This document shows positions 1 through 13,587 of a stretch of 64,000 bases of DNA, in pieces. Source of the stretch: Scyliorhinus canicula (taxonomy: Eukaryota). The stretch covers positions 62,001 through 126,000 of the forward strand of contig NW_024055461.1 of NCBI RefSeq assembly GCF_902713615.1, written 5' to 3'. Position 1 is the first letter of the stretch; every line of letters starts with the position of its first letter. The notes under the pieces are model-generated. The model saw nothing but the letters and a program-made list of their open reading frames with translations, was not told the DNA's origin and did no database searches. The position numbers were made by a program, and so were the translations under genes.

Positions 1-324
1 TTGGAGGAGTTAGAATTTTGGGAGACCCCAGGAAGATGACAACCAGTCTTTGTGTGTTGGGCAGCCCAAGATATTCCTTTTTTTTAAAAAATAATTTTTA
101 TTGAAAAATTTTGAATTTATACAACAATAACGCACCATAGTAAAATACCAAAAATAACAATAATATTAACAATCATAAACATTCACCCCACCTCCATGAA
201 CAACACAGCATTTTAACAACAATGCAAATTAACACAATATAAAGTTACAGAATAGACACTACAATAAGGAACACCACCCCCCCCCCCCCCCCCTCCGGGT
301 TGCTGCTGCTATTGACCAAGTTAC

Positions 325-3300
325 CTATCTTTGAGCCAGGAAGTCCAGAAAAGGCTGCCATCGTTTATAGAACCCTTGTATTGATCCTCTCAGGGCAAAT
401 TTGACCCTTTCCAATTTTATAAATCCCGCCATGTCACTGATCCAGGTCTTCACACTTGGGGGCCTTGCATCCTTCCACTGTAGCAGAATCTTTCGTCGGG
501 CTACTAGGGACACAAAGGCCAGGACACCGGCCTCTTTTGCCTCCTGCACTCCCGGCTCTACCGCAACTCTAAAAATCGCGCGTCCCCACCCAGGTTTGAC
601 CCTGGATCAAACCTCCCTCGACACCGTCCCCGCCACCCCCTTCTAGAATTCTTCCAGTGCTGGGCATGCCCAGAACATATGGGCGTGGTTCGCTGGACTC
701 CCCGAACATCTGGTGCACCTGTCCTCACCCCCAAAGAACCTACTCATCCTAGTCCCGGACATGTGGGCCCGGTGCAGCACCTTAAATTGAATGAGACTAT
801 CCTCGCACATGAGGAGGAAGAGATTACTTTCTCCAAGGCATTCGCCCAAGTCCCGCCCTCTATCTGCTCCCCTAGTTCCTCCTCCCATTTAGCCTTCAGC
901 TCCTCCACTGACTCCTCCTCCACCTCCTGCATTACCTTATAGATGTCAGTCACCTTCCCCTCTCCGACCCACACCCCTGAAAGCACTCTGTCCATCGTCC
1001 CCCGCGACAGCAGCAGAGGGAATCCCTCTACCTGTCGCCTAGCAAACGCCTTTACCTGCAAGTATCTGAACATGTTCCCTTGGGGAAGGCCAAATTTATC
1101 TTCCAGTTCTCCCAGGCCCGCAAACCTCCCGCCAATAAACAGGTCCCTCAATTTGCTGATGCCCGCCCTTTGCCACCCCCTAAATCCCCCATCCTTTTTC
1201 CCCGGGATGAACCGATGGTTTCCACCCAGTGGAGCCTCCATCGAGCCCCCTGTTTTCCCCCCGATGCCGTCTCCACTGCCCCCAGATTCTTAGGGTCGCC
1301 GCCACCACCGGGCTCGTGGTAAACCTCTGAGGGGAGAGCGGCAACGGTGCCGTTACCATGGCACCCAGGCTCGTAACTCTACATGACGCCATCTCCATTC
1401 TTTTCCACGCCGCCCCTACCCCCTCCATCACCCATTTACGCACCATTGACACATTGGCTGCCCAATAGTACCCCAGAAGGTTGGGCAACGCCAGCCCGCC
1501 TCTATCCCTCCCTTGCTCCAGGAACACACTCTTCACTCTCGGAGTCCCATGTGCCCACACAAAGCTCAAAATACTGCTAGTCACTCTCCTAAAGAAGGCC
1601 CTGGGGATAAAGATGGGCAGGCACTGAATGAGGAACAAGAACCTCGGAAGCACCGTCATTTTGACGGACTGTACCCTCCACGCTAACGATAATGGCAGCA
1701 TGTCCCACCTCTTGAACTCCTCCTCCATCTGATCTACCAGTCTGGTGAAGGTATGCTAGTGAAGAGTCCACCAGTCCCTGGCCACCTGCATCCCCGGGTA
1801 CCTAAAGCTCTCCCCTGCCCGCCTAAGCGGGAGCCTACCGATTCCTTCCTCCTGGTCTCCAGGGTGCACCACAAACACCTCGCTCTTGCCTAAATTTAAT
1901 TTATAACCTGAAAAGGTCCCAAAATCAGCTAGCAACTCCATCACTCCCAGCATCCCTCCCACCGGGTCCGCCACATACAGTAACAGGTCACATACAACGA
2001 CACCCTATGTTCCTCTCCACCTCGCACCAAACGTCTCCACCTCCCTGAATCCCTCAACGCCATCACCAACGGCTCGATTGCCAGTGCAAACAACAAGGGG
2101 GACAGGGGGCAACCCTGCCTGGTCACTCGGTAAAGCCGGAAGTACTCCGACCTCCTCCTATTCGTGGCCACGCACGCCATTGGGGCCTCATATAGCAGCC
2201 TTACCCATCTAATGAACCCTTCATCAAATCCAAACCTCCCCAACACCTCCCATAGGTACCCCCACTCCACTCTATCGAAGGCCTTCTCCGCATCCAGTGC
2301 CACCACTATCTCTGCGTCCCCCTCAATCGCCGGCATCATGATGACATTCAACAATCTCCGCACATTCGTGTTCAGCTGCCTTCCCTTCACGAAACCTGTC
2401 TGGTCCTCGTGCACAACCCCTGGCACACAGTCCTCTATCCTGGTGGCCAGGATTTTTGCCAGGACCTTAGCATCCACGTTGAGGAGAGATATGGGCCTGT
2501 ATGAACCATACTGCTGGGGGTCCTTGTCCCTCTTTAAAATGAACGAGATCAGCGCCTGCGACATCTTCGGGGGCAAAGCCCCCCCCCCCCCTTCCCACGC
2601 TTCATTGAGTGTCCGCACCAGCAAGGTCCACAAACGTTTTATAAAATTCCACCGGGAGACCATCCGGCCCCGGTGCCTTCCCTGACTGTATCTGCCCGAT
2701 CCCCTTAACTAGCCCCTCCAGCTCAATCGGCGCACCCAACCCCTCCTTCTTCTCCTCCTGCACCTTCGGGAAAGAAAGCCCGTCAAGGAACCTCTCCATT
2801 CCCCTCCTCTCCCCCGTTGGCTCCGACCGGTACAGTTCCCCGTAAAAGTCCTTGAAGACCTCATTCACCTCTACCCCCTTCCGCACCACATTCCCACTCT
2901 TGTCTCTCACTCCAGCAATTTCCTTAGCCGCATCCCGCTTGCGGAGCTGATGAGCCAGCATCCTACTCGCCTTTTCACCATGTTCGTACACTACCCCTTG
3001 TGCCTTCCTCCACTGTGCCTCCGCCTTTCTAGTGGTCAGCAAATCAAATTCAGCCTGCAGGCTGCGTCCTCCCCCCCAACAGTCCCTCCTCTGGTGCCTC
3101 TGCATACCTCCTGTCCACCTCCAGCATCTTTCCCACCAGTCTATCCCTCTCACTCCTCTCGCTCCTCTCCCTGTGTGCCCGGATGGATATCAGCTCCCCA
3201 CGAATCACTGCCTTCAGGGCTTCCCAGACCATCCCCACCTGAACCTCCCCCATATCATTCACCTCGAGGTACCCCTCAATACTTGCCCGGACCCTCCTAC

Positions 3301-4076
3301 ACACCTCCTCCTCCGCCAACAACCCCACATCCAACCGCCACAATGGACGTTGGTCCCGCACCTCCCCCATCTCCAACTCTATCCAATGCAGAGCGTGGTC
3401 GGAGATTGCAATGGCCGAATACTCGACCTCCTCCACTCTCGGAATCAGTCCCCTACTCACCACGAAGAAATCTATCCGAGAGTAGACCCTATGTACGTGG
3501 GAGAAGAAAGAGTACTTGCGTGCCCTCGGCCTCACAAACCTCCATGGATCCACCCGCCCTATCTGATCCATAAACCCTCTCAGTACCTTGGCCGCCGCCG
3601 GCCTCCTACCTGTCCTAGAGCTGGACCGATCCAGTGAAGGATCCAACACCGTATTAAAGTTCCCCCCCCCCCCCCCCATGATCAGACCTCCCGCCTCCAG
3701 ATCCGGGACCTGTCCCAACATACGCCTCATAAAGCCCGCATCATTCCAATTTGGGGCATACACACTAGCCAGGAGCACCTTCTCTCCTTGTAGCCTGCCC
3801 CTAACCATAACATACCTACCCCCCCTTATCCGCCACCACCTCCGATGCCTCAAACAACACATTTTTCCCCACCAGAATCGCCACTCCCCGGTTCTTCACA
3901 TCCACCCCAGAGTGGAAAACCTGCCCCACCCATCCCTTCCTCAGGTGGACCTGGTCCGCCACCTTCAGGTGGGTCTCCTGAAGCATTGCCACATCTGCCT
4001 TTAGCCCCTTCAGGTGAGCCAGTACCCTCGACCGCTTCACCGGCCCATTCAACCCTCTCGCATTCCAGGTGACCAA
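325..4076 (-). pseudogene. L1 ORF2 (endonuclease-RT-zinc knuckle), broken into many frames
   Basis: Consecutive minus-strand ORF pieces 3816-4076, 3050-3862, 2602-3153, 1941-2663, 1756-1974, 1180-1728, 744-1241, 643-888, 325-549 follow L1 ORF2 order. Confidence 0.92.
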
Positions 4077-4787
4077 CCAGATCAGAGGGCGTCCCGCCCC
4101 CTCCCCCGTTGACTAGCCATAGCCCGTCAACTGCCCGCACCAGGCCAGCACCCCCTGCCCGACCCAGTCCCCACAGCGACAATACCTCTCCTTTGTCCCC
4201 CCAGCCCCCACCAGCTCCTTCCTGACCCTACCAGCAGCAACCCGGTATTCCCCTTTCCCCCCCTCCCTTCCCCCCCAGGCTAGGAACCCTCCCAGACGCG
4301 AACCGTCCTTCACTGTACTTCCGTGGGTCAGTTAACATCTGCTGACCCCGGAAACTCCCGCCAATAACCCGACCCCTCCCAAAGTGGGATCATCCCCCAA
4401 TCTATCCCTCCTCCAGGCACCGCTCCAGCGCAGGGAAGAACCAGTTAAGGCCCCGCCTCCCCCGTCACCGCCTCCGCCCCCCTGCCACGCAGCGCAGGAA
4501 ACCAGAGGAAAGCCCGCGCTTTCGCACTGCCCCACCTCACCCTTCTGACGCAGCTCCCAAATAACAGCCCCACGCCATACCCCCAACCCGACATAGAATA
4601 CAACAAACCCCCCCGACCCTCCCCGCAAGATACACAACTCAACCAATGCCCCACAGCAGAAAAAAACATAGCAGAACAACACCCCCATAAATAACCATAT
4701 CAAAATTGCAAAAGTACAAAAAAAAGATCATAGCAACAGCAGAATCCAGCGCTAAGATATTACAACCGACCCCGCAACCCCAAACCC

Positions 4788-5200
4788 CTAGTTCAAGTCC
4801 AGTTTCTCCGTCCGCACGAAGGCCCACGCCTCCTCCGGGGAATCAAAATAATAATGTCGGTCCGAATAAGTTACCCACAGGTGCGCGGGCTGCAACATTC
4901 CGAACTTTATCTTTTGCCTGTAAAGCACCTCCTTCGTCCGATTAAATCCGGACCGCCGCTTAGCCACCTCCGCACTCCAATCCTGGTAGATCCGTACTAC
5001 CCAATTCTCCCACTTGCTGCTCTTCACCTTCTTGGCCCAGCGCAGCACACACTCCCGATCACTGAACCGGCGGAACCTCACCAGCACCGCATGTGGGGGT
5101 TCATTGTCCATAGGCCGGGAGACGTCGAAAAATTTCCGTTTTGGGCTCTAAAAAGAGCCGAAAGGACCGTTTAAAACGGGAGCTCCCAAATGTGTGGCTT
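4788..5200 (-). pseudogene. L1 ORF1 C-terminal fragment
   Basis: PHAVLVRFRRFSDRE...RIYQDWSAEVAKRR...YFDSPEEAWAF resembles the L1 ORF1p RRM/CTD; upstream of ORF2 on the same strand. Confidence 0.85.
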
Positions 5201-6330
5201 CCTACTTCATCACAGGATATTCCTGAATGATAATAATTGGGCAAATATAAGGACCGCTTACTCATGTGAAATGGTCATTTTTGTCAGACAACAAAGAAAT
5301 ATTATAACCTCGAGACAGAATCCAGCTTAGCTCAGTGACATTAGAGCAGGAAACAATCAGAATGACAGTAACAGTCACGTGCTGTCGAATGTGCTCACAT
5401 AACAGAAGTTAGACTCACATGCAAGATATCGGATTCCAAGTAATCCAAATTAAACCCACAGAATATAAATTATCAGGCACGCCCCAACGACTATACTGAC
5501 CATACAAAGTCTTCTCAGAAATTGAATTTACACCATGAAACGCCATGCGTTTGACGCCATGAAACAGCACAAAGTGTATCACGTGAGAGATGTGAAGAAA
5601 ATTGAGACGAAATCACTTAAGGAAATATAAGGATATTTTTGTATCTATCCTAGGCCGCTTGATTATTATAATTGGCTGTTTCACTGTTAATGCATAGCTG
5701 ATCAACATTATTGCATTGCACTGTATCTCTCCGGATCAACATTGTTGCATTACACTGTATCTCTGTCGGTTTGAATGCGCTAAGTATTGATTTTTGCACC
5801 CTGTGTCCTATGTTAATACAATAGGTTCTGTCTATATTATTTCTCCTCCATGTACTGATTATAATTGCATCCTAAACCTTACGCTTTGGTCTATATCCAT
5901 ACATTTAAGAACAAAATCGAGATTATCTGTGTTGTTGTACATTAACATCACATAATGACATGTAATCCTTGAAAGACACTGATTCCGCTTTAAATGAAAT
6001 AATTTGCATGAAATCATTTATATTTAGCGAAAATAAACATTTGATATTTAGTCAGCTCCCCGAATAAATATATTTACAATATCGTTTTCTTCTCAATTGT
6101 ATCCCAAACAACCTTAGCTCCCCTCAAATTCTAAATGGATAAACAGCTCGAGTGATGCAGGCCTCTTCAAATGCCCTGAGATTAACAGGGTTTCAAAACT
6201 GGATGTTCTAACGCAGAGCGCAGTCTGTAGATACGCTGTGATCTCCTGACCCCGAATATATGGGAGACACAGGCAGTTACCGTGAACCTCACACGCTGCC
6301 AGGACATTGATATCTAACATTGAAGGAAAA

Positions 6331-6417
6331 CTTCACCTGAGGAAGGAGCTGCGCTCCGAAAGCTCATGTTTAAAACAAACCTGTTGGACTTCAACCTGGT
6401 GTTGTAAGACTTCTTAC
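6331..6417 (+). mobile_element. 87-bp Penelope pLTR-derived insert with minimal hammerhead ribozyme core
   Basis: CAC-CTGAGGA-A-GGAGC tgc GCTCC-GAA-AGCT-C at 6334-6368; 11-bp TSD TTGAAGGAAAA (6320-6330, 6418-6428); matches the end of the Penelope element at 52631. Confidence 0.85.
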
Positions 6418-6519
6418 TTGAAGGAAAATGGCAGACGTATTTCTATGACCTATAGTGCGCCATGTTTCTGTGATTTTGTGAGCTCCGACATCTGCCATCC
6501 AAATGGGTAAGAAGATGAT

Positions 6520-8280
6520 TGATTGAATACGTGTAAAATTAAACAGCATGGAATTGCGGGCAGTGAGATGGATAGAAAACTGGTTGGCAGACAGGAAACA
6601 AACAGAAGGAATTAACGGGTGGTTTCAAATTGACAGGCAGTGACCAGTGGGGTACCTGGGATCGGTGCTACGACCCCAGCTATTCACAATGTATTTGACG
6701 ATTTAGATGAGGGAACAAAATGTAAAATCTCCAAATTTGCAGATGACACAAGTTGGGTGGGAGGGTGAGCTGTGAGGAAGATGCAGAGATCTTTCAGTGT
6801 GATTTCGACAAGTTGAGTGAGTGGGCAAATGAATGACAGTATAATATGAATAAATGGGAAGTTATCCACTTTGGTAGAAAAAAAAGAAAGCAGACTATTA
6901 TCAGGTTGGACATAAATTACGAGAGGGGAACATGCAAAAAGACCTGGGCCGGGATTCTGCCCTGCCCGCGGGGCGGGGTGTCACGGCGAGATGAAGTGGC
7001 ATGAACCACTCCGGCGTCGGGCCTCCCCAAAGGTGCAAAATTTTCTGCACCTTTAGGGGCTAGGCCCTCGCCGGAGTGGCTCCCGCTCCGCCGGCCGGCG
7101 CGAACAGCCTTTGGCGCCCCGCCAGCCAGGACCAAAAGGCCTTCGCCGGCCAGTGGAAGTCCGCGCATGCGCCGGTGCGTTAGTGGCTGCTGACGTCATA
7201 CTGGCGCATGCGCAGGGGAGGGGATCTCTTCCGCCCCCGCCATGGTGAAGGCTATGGCGGGGCAGAAGAAAAAGAGTGCCCCCATGGCACAGGCCCGCCC
7301 GCCGATCGGTGGCTCCCGATCGTGGGCCAGGCCACCGTGGTGGCCCCGGCGCCCGCCCACGCCACCAATCCCGCCGGCACCAGTCGTGCTTTGATTCCCG
7401 CCGGTGGAAGAGGCCTGTCAGGGGTGGGATGTCTGGCCATCGCGGGCCGGAGAATCACGGCGGAGGGCCGGCCGACTGACGCGGCGCGATTCCCGCCCCC
7501 GCCAATTCCTGGGTGGCGGAGAATTTGGCCCACGGCTGGGGCGGGATTGACGCCGGCCCCGGGCGATTCTCCGATATCCCAGGGGTCAGAGAATTCCGCC
7601 CCTGGTCACTGAAGGTAACCATGCAGGTACAGGCAGGTGGTAAAGAAGACAAATGGTCTGCTGGTCTTCATGACGAAGGATTCGAGTACAGGAGCAGGGA
7701 TAACTTGCTGTCATTATACAGGGCCATGGCAAGGCCATACCTGGAATATTGTGAGCAGTTTTGGTCTCCTTATCTGAGGAAGGAAGTTCTATCCATGGAG
7801 TGAGTGCAGCAAACGTTTACCAGACTGATTCCTGGGATGGCAGGTCTGACATACGAGGCTCGATTGTATTGGTTAGACTTGTATTCGCTGAAGTTCAGAA
7901 GAATGCGGGGGGGATCGCATAGAAAGCTGTAAAATTCTAACAGGACAGGACAGGGCATATGGATGTTCTCGAAGCTGGGTGTGTCCAGAACCAGGTGTCA
8001 TAGACTGAGGATACGGGGTAGACAATTTAGGACAGAGACGAGGAGAAATGCCTTCACCCAGAGAGTGGTGAGCCTGTGGAATTCGTTACCACAGGCAGTA
8101 GTTGAGGCCAAAACATAGTATGTTTTCAAGAAGCAGTTAGATACAGCACTTAGGGCGAAGGGGATCTAAAGATATGGGGCGAACCGGAATAGGCTATCGA
8201 GTTGGATGATCAGCCATGATCATAATGAATGGCAGAGCGGGATTGAAGAGCCGAATGGCCTCCTTCTGCTCCTTTTTTGT
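6520..8280 (+). mobile_element. CR1 LINE 3' fragment (degraded RT and 3' UTR), approximate ends
   Basis: Decayed RT C-terminus (KFADDTK-like, RPYLEYCEQFWSPYLRK) and CR1 3' tail GCCGAATGGCCTCCTTCTGCTCC. Confidence 0.8.
6946..7601. mobile_element. GC-rich MITE-like insertion in CR1
   Basis: Imperfect terminal inverted repeats GGGCCGGGATTCT / AGAATTCCGCCC; CR1 sequence resumes on both sides; TSD unclear (possibly CCTG). Confidence 0.55.
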
Positions 8281-8831
8281 CGACACTACATATGTTTCTA
8301 AGACTCATTCTCGTCAACGTCTGGGTACACTTTCTAAAGAGATAATATAGAACCTGAAGTGCGATTTCCAGAACCGCACCCAATTTTCCATTTCAGGGAG
8401 AACCAGTTATTTATCAACGGTCACCAATAATTTCTCTCTTTTGTATCATGCACATGTGTTCTGAAGCCCACCAAATTGTATGTTTTAATAATCACTTTAA
8501 CAGCTACAGTAAACGGATTTTGCCCAAATAGTTCAGGTCTATTTGTTCTTTCATGCAGTTTAAACTTTAAGTGAATTATTTATTTTGTGAGGGCAGAGAG
8601 AAGCACATTGACATTTCCAATGAACAAGAAGGAATGTGAAAACCTGACGAGTGTAACGAATTTCTTTTCTGCCCCAAATATGCAAAGTTAATTATAAATA
8701 CATTCGTCAAGATTCAATGCATTTTCTTTGTATCTATGTGTGAGAGTGCTTGCCGGTTCCTTTCACCGATCTCTAATCCCCGAAATGGTGAAGACCTTGG
8801 ACTACCCCGTGCTCTGTATCCCTGATAAACA

Positions 8832-9110
8832 TTAGAACATAAGAACATTAGAACGATGAGCAAGAGTAGGCCATCTGAACTTTCGAGTCTGCTCCTCCAT
8901 TCAATGAGAGCATGGCTGATCTTTTGTGAACTCAGCTCCACTTTCCCGCCCGAACACCATAACCCTTTATTCCTTTATTCTTCAAAAAACTATCTTTATC
9001 TTGAAAACATTTAATGAAGGAGCCTAAACTGATTGACTGGGCAGGGAATTCCATCGATTCACGACCCGTTGGGTGAAGAGATTCCTCCTAACCTCAGTCC
9101 TAAATCTACT
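8832..9110 (-). mobile_element. CR1 3' end fragment
   Basis: TAGAACATAAGAACA tail and FRTEVRRNLFTQRVVNRWNSLP on the minus strand. Confidence 0.8.
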
Positions 9111-11510
9111 TTTACCCAATAGCAGCAGAGAGATAGAGGAACAGATTGGGCGGCAGATCTTGGAAAGGTGCAGAAGTAACAGAGCTGTTGTCATGGGTGA
9201 CTTCAACTTCCCTAATATTGACTCGAACCTCCTTAGTGCAAATGTTTGGATGGAGCAGATTTTGTCAGGTGTGTACAGGAAGGATTCCTGACTCAATATT
9301 CATATAGGCCGACTAGGGGTGGGAGGCAATATTGGACTTGGTGCTCGGCAACGAACCAGGCCAGGTGTCAGATGTCTCGGTGGGAGAGGATTTCGGTGAC
9401 AGTTACCACAACTCCTTGCCCTTTACCATAGTCAAGGAGAGGGATAGGGACACACAGTATGGGAAGGTATTTAATTGGGGGAGGGGAAATTATACTGCTA
9501 TTAGACAGGAGCTGAGGAGCATAAAGTGGGAACATTTTTTCTTTGGGACATGCACAACAATAATGTGGGGATTGTTTAAGGAGCACTTGCTGAGAGTGCT
9601 GAATAGTTTTGTTCCACTAAGACGAGGAAAGAATGGTAAGGTGAAGGAGCCTTGAATGACAAGAGAAGTGGAACTTCTAGTCAAGGGGAAGAAGGAAGCT
9701 TACGTAAGTTTGAGGAAGCAAGGATCTGACTCAGCTCCAGAGGGTTACAAGGTAGCCAGGAAGGAACTCAAAAATGGACTGAGGTGAGCTAGAAGGGGGC
9801 ATGAAAAAGCCTTGGCGGGAAGGAATAAGGAAAACACCAATGCGTTCGACACTTATGTGAGAAATGAGAGGATGATCAGAGTGAGAGTCGGGCCGATCGG
9901 GGATAGTGGAGGGAACTTGTGCCTAGAGTCTGAAGAGATGTGGGAGGCCCTAAATGAACACTTTGCTTCAGTATTCACTGGAGAGAAGGACCTTGCGGCC
10001 CATGAGAACAGTGTGAACCAGGTTAATATTAAGAAGGAGGATGTGCTGGAAATTTTTTTAAGCATCAGGATATCAGGATAGATAAGTCCCCTGGGCCTGA
10101 CGGGATATACGCAAGGTTACTACCCGAAGCGAGGGAGGAGATTGTTGCACCGTTGGCGATGATCTTTGTGTCCTCACACTCCACTGGATGATTGGACGGA
10201 GGCGAATGTTGTTCCCCTGTTTAAGAAAGGAAATAGGGAAATCCCTGGGAATTACAGACCCATTAGTCTTATGTCTGTGGTGAGCAAAATATTGGAAGGA
10301 TTCTGAGAGATGGGATTGAGGATTATTTAGAAAAACATAGTTTGCTTCTAGATAGTCAGCATTACTTTCTGAGGGGCACGTCATGCCTCAAAAGCCTCAT
10401 TGAATTGTTTGTGGATGTGACGAGACACATTGATGAAGGTCGGGCAGTGAATCTGGTGTATATTGATTTCAGTAAGGCACTTGATAAAGTCCCCCATGGT
10501 ACGTTCATTCAGAAAGTTAGGGGGCGGGGCAGCACAGTGGCACAGTGGTTAGCATTGCTGCCTACGGCGCTGAGGACCTGGGTTTGAATCCCGGCCCTGG
10601 GTCACTGTCTGTGTCTGCGTGGGTTTCGCCCCCACAACCCAAAGATGTGCAGGTTAGGTGGATTGGCCACGTTAAATTGCCCCTTATTTGGAAAAAATAA
10701 TTGGGTACTCTAAATTAATTTAAAAACAAGAAAGCTAGGGGCATGCGTACAGGGAAGTTTGGCTGTCTGGAAACAGAATTGGCTGGCCATAAGAAGAGAG
10801 CGAGTGGTAGTGGGTGGAAATTATTCCGCCTGGAGGTTGGTGACCAGTGTCCCGCAAGGATCTGTTCTGGGACCTCTGCTCTTTATGTTTTTTATAAATG
10901 AATTGGATGAGGCAGTGGAAGGGTGGATTATAAGGTTGCCGAAGACAGGAAGGTTAGTGGAGTTATAGACAGTGTTGAGGGTTGTTGCAGGTTACAACAG
11001 GACATTGACAGGTTGCAGGGCTTGGCTGAGAAGTGGCAGATGGAGTTCAACCTTGATAAATGTGAAATGATTCATTTTGGGAGATCGAATTTGAATGCTG
11101 GATACAGGGTTAAAGGCAGGATTCTTGGAAGTGTGGAGGAACAGAGGAATCTCGGGGTCCTCGCACATAGATCCTTCAAAGTTGCCATCCAGTTTGATCG
11201 GATTGTTAAGAAGGCGTATGGTGTGTTGGCTTTCATTAACAGGGGGATTAAGTTTAAGAGCCGCGAGGTTTTGCTGCCGCTTTATAAAACTCTAGTTAGA
11301 TTTAGCAGGATGCTGCCTGGACTGGAGGGCATGTCTTATGAAGAAAGGTTGAGGGAGCTAGGGCTTTTCTCGCTGGAGCGAAGAAGGCAGAGAGGTGACT
11401 TGATAGAGGGTACAAGGTGATGAGAGGCATGGATATAGTGGATAGCCAGAGACATTTCCCCAGGGCTGTCATGAGGGGACATAATTTTCAGGTGATTGGA
11501 GGAAGATATA
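9111..11510 (+). mobile_element. CR1 LINE, degraded ORF2
   Basis: [62 protein letters not shown] in shifting frames. Confidence 0.9.
10524..10728 (+). mobile_element. tRNA-derived SINE (short variant)
   Basis: A/B-box-like head; TSD AGAAAG(T/C)TAGGGG at 10511-10523 and 10729-10741. Confidence 0.85.
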
Positions 11511-12268
11511 GAACAAAGAAAGAAAATTACAGCACAGGAACAGGCCCTTCGGCCCTCCCAACCTGTGCCGATCCAGATCCTTTATCTAAACCTGTCGCCT
11601 ATTTTCCAAGGATCTACTTCCCTCTGTTCCCCGCCCGTTCATATATCTGTCTAGATGCACCTTAAATGATGCTATCGTGCCCGCGTCTACCACCTCTGCT
11701 GGCAAAGTGTTCCAGGCATCCGCCACCCTCTGCGTAAAAATCTTTTCACGCACATCTCCCTTAAACTTTCCCCCTCTCACCTTGTAATCGTGACCCCTTG
11801 TAATTGACACCCCCACGCTTGGAAAAAGCTTGTTGCTATGCACCCTGTCCATACCTGTCATAATTTTGTGCACCTCAATCAGGTCCCCCCTCAACCTCCG
11901 TCTTTCCAACGAAAACAATCCTAATCTACTCAACCTTTCTTCATTGCTAGCACCCTCCATAGCAGGCAACATCCTGGTGAACCTCCTCTGCACCCTCTCT
12001 AAAGCATCCATATCCTTCTGGTAATGTGGCGACCAGAACTGCACGCAGTATTCCAAATGTGGCCTAACCAAAGTCCTATACAACTGTAACATGACCTGCC
12101 GTCTCTTGTACTCAATACCCCGTCCGATGAAGGCAAGCATGCTGTATGCCTTCTTGACCACTCTATCGACCTGCGTTGCCACCTTCAGGGTACAATGGAC
12201 CTGAACTCCCAGATCTCTCTGTACATCAATTTTCCGCAGGCCTCTTCCATTGACCATATAGTCTGCTC

Positions 12269-12672
12269 TTTGGATTGGATTGGATTTGTTTATTGTCACG
12301 TGTACCGAGGTACAGTGAAAAGTATTTTTCTGCAAGCAGCTCAGCAGATCATTCAGTACATGGAAGAAAAGGGAATTAAACAAAATTCAAGAAAATACAT
12401 GACAATACATAATAGGGCAACACAAGATATACAATGTAACTACATAAGCATTGGCATCGGTTGAAGCATACAGGATGTAGTGTTAATGAGGTCAGTCAAT
12501 AAGAGGGTCATTTAGGAGTCTGGTGACAGTGGGGAAGAAGCTGTTTTTGAGTCTGTTCGTGCATGTTCTCAGACCTCTGAATCTCCTGCCCGATGGAAGA
12601 AGTTGGAAAAGTGAGTAAGCCGGGTGGGAGGGATCCTTGATTTTGCTGCCCGCTTTACCCCGGCAGCGGGAG
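12269..12672 (-). mobile_element. Rex1/Babar LINE 3' end
   Basis: RCRGKAGSKIKDPSHPAYSLFQLLPSGRR...RLKNSFFP, then AATAAA and a (TCCAA)n tail; start overlaps the end of the Rex1 copy near 38900. Confidence 0.8.
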
Positions 12673-12830
12673 AAATTGGTTCTTGAATTGGATCTTCCAA
12701 AATGCATCACCTTGTATTTGCCTGGCTTGAACTCCATCTGCCGTTTCTCTGCCTAACTCTCCAATCTATCTATATTTTGCTATATTCTCTGACAGTCCCC
12801 CTCGCTATCTGCAAATCCACCAATCTTAGT

Positions 12831-13179
12831 ATAGACATAGACATAGAACAGTACAGCACAGAACAGGCCCTTCGGCCCTCGATGTTGTGCCGAATCATGA
12901 TCACCCTACTCAAACCCATGTATCCACCCTATACCCGTAACCGAACAACTCCCCACTTAACCTTACTTTTTTAGGACACTACGGGCAATTTAGCATGGCC
13001 AATCCACCTAACCCGCACATCTTTGGACTGTGGGAGGAAACCGGAGCACCCGGAGGAAACCCACGCAGACACGGGGAGGACGTGCAGACTCCGCACAGAC
13101 AGTGACCCAGCCGGGAATCGAACCTGGGACCCTGGAGCTGTGAAGCATTTATGCTAACCACCATGCTACCGTGCTGCCC
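12831..13179 (-). mobile_element. tRNA-derived SINE with CR1-type 3' tail (HE1-like)
   Basis: GGGCAGCACGGTAGCATGGTGGTTAGC head, GTTCGATTC B box, GAGGGCCGAAGGGCCTGTTCTGTGCTGTA tail shared with CR1. Confidence 0.9.
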
Positions 13180-13219
13180 ACTTGCCCATCTGCAAACTTG
13201 CTAATCAGACCACCTATAC

Positions 13220-13587
13220 CAGGGATGGGCAAACTACGGCCCATGCGGCCCGCCTAAGGTCTTTATGCGGCCCACCAAGTCATTAAAAAAAAAAACATTT
13301 TAAAATTTTTCTTTTTAATTTTTAATTTTTTTTAAGGTTAATGGGGGGGGGCTGTTGGGTTACTTACTGGTATAGGGTGGATATGTTGACTTGAGTAGGG
13401 TGATCATTGCTCGGCACAACGTCGAGGGCCGAAGGGCCTGTTCTGTGCTGTACTGTTCTATGTTCTATATGAGGCGCCCAGAATCATAACCGGGTGAAGT
13501 AATTATTTTACTTAATATACTATGCGGCCATTTAAAATTGTGAATTTCTGAATGTGGCCCTTGCACGGAAAAGTTTGCCCACCCCTG
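13220..13587. mobile_element. hAT-family MITE carrying a SINE tail fragment
   Basis: 16-bp TIR CAGGG(A/G)TGGGCAAACT (15/16) and 8-bp TSD ACCTATAC at 13212-13219 and 13588-13595. Confidence 0.9.

Larger units (their letters stand above)
79..5215 (-). mobile_element. L1-clade LINE, 5'-truncated, frameshifted
   Basis: ORF1 C-terminus, APE endonuclease (VTWNARGLN), RT (QGCPLSPLLFALAIEPL), CCHC tail (CTRC...HMFWACP); poly-A read as T-run near 79; 9-bp TSD GATATTCCT at 70-78 and 5216-5224. Confidence 0.95.

Noticed and set aside
2164-3637. Plus-strand ORFs of 173-207 aa
   Set aside because: Antisense shadows of L1 ORF2, Pro/Ser-rich, no independent signals
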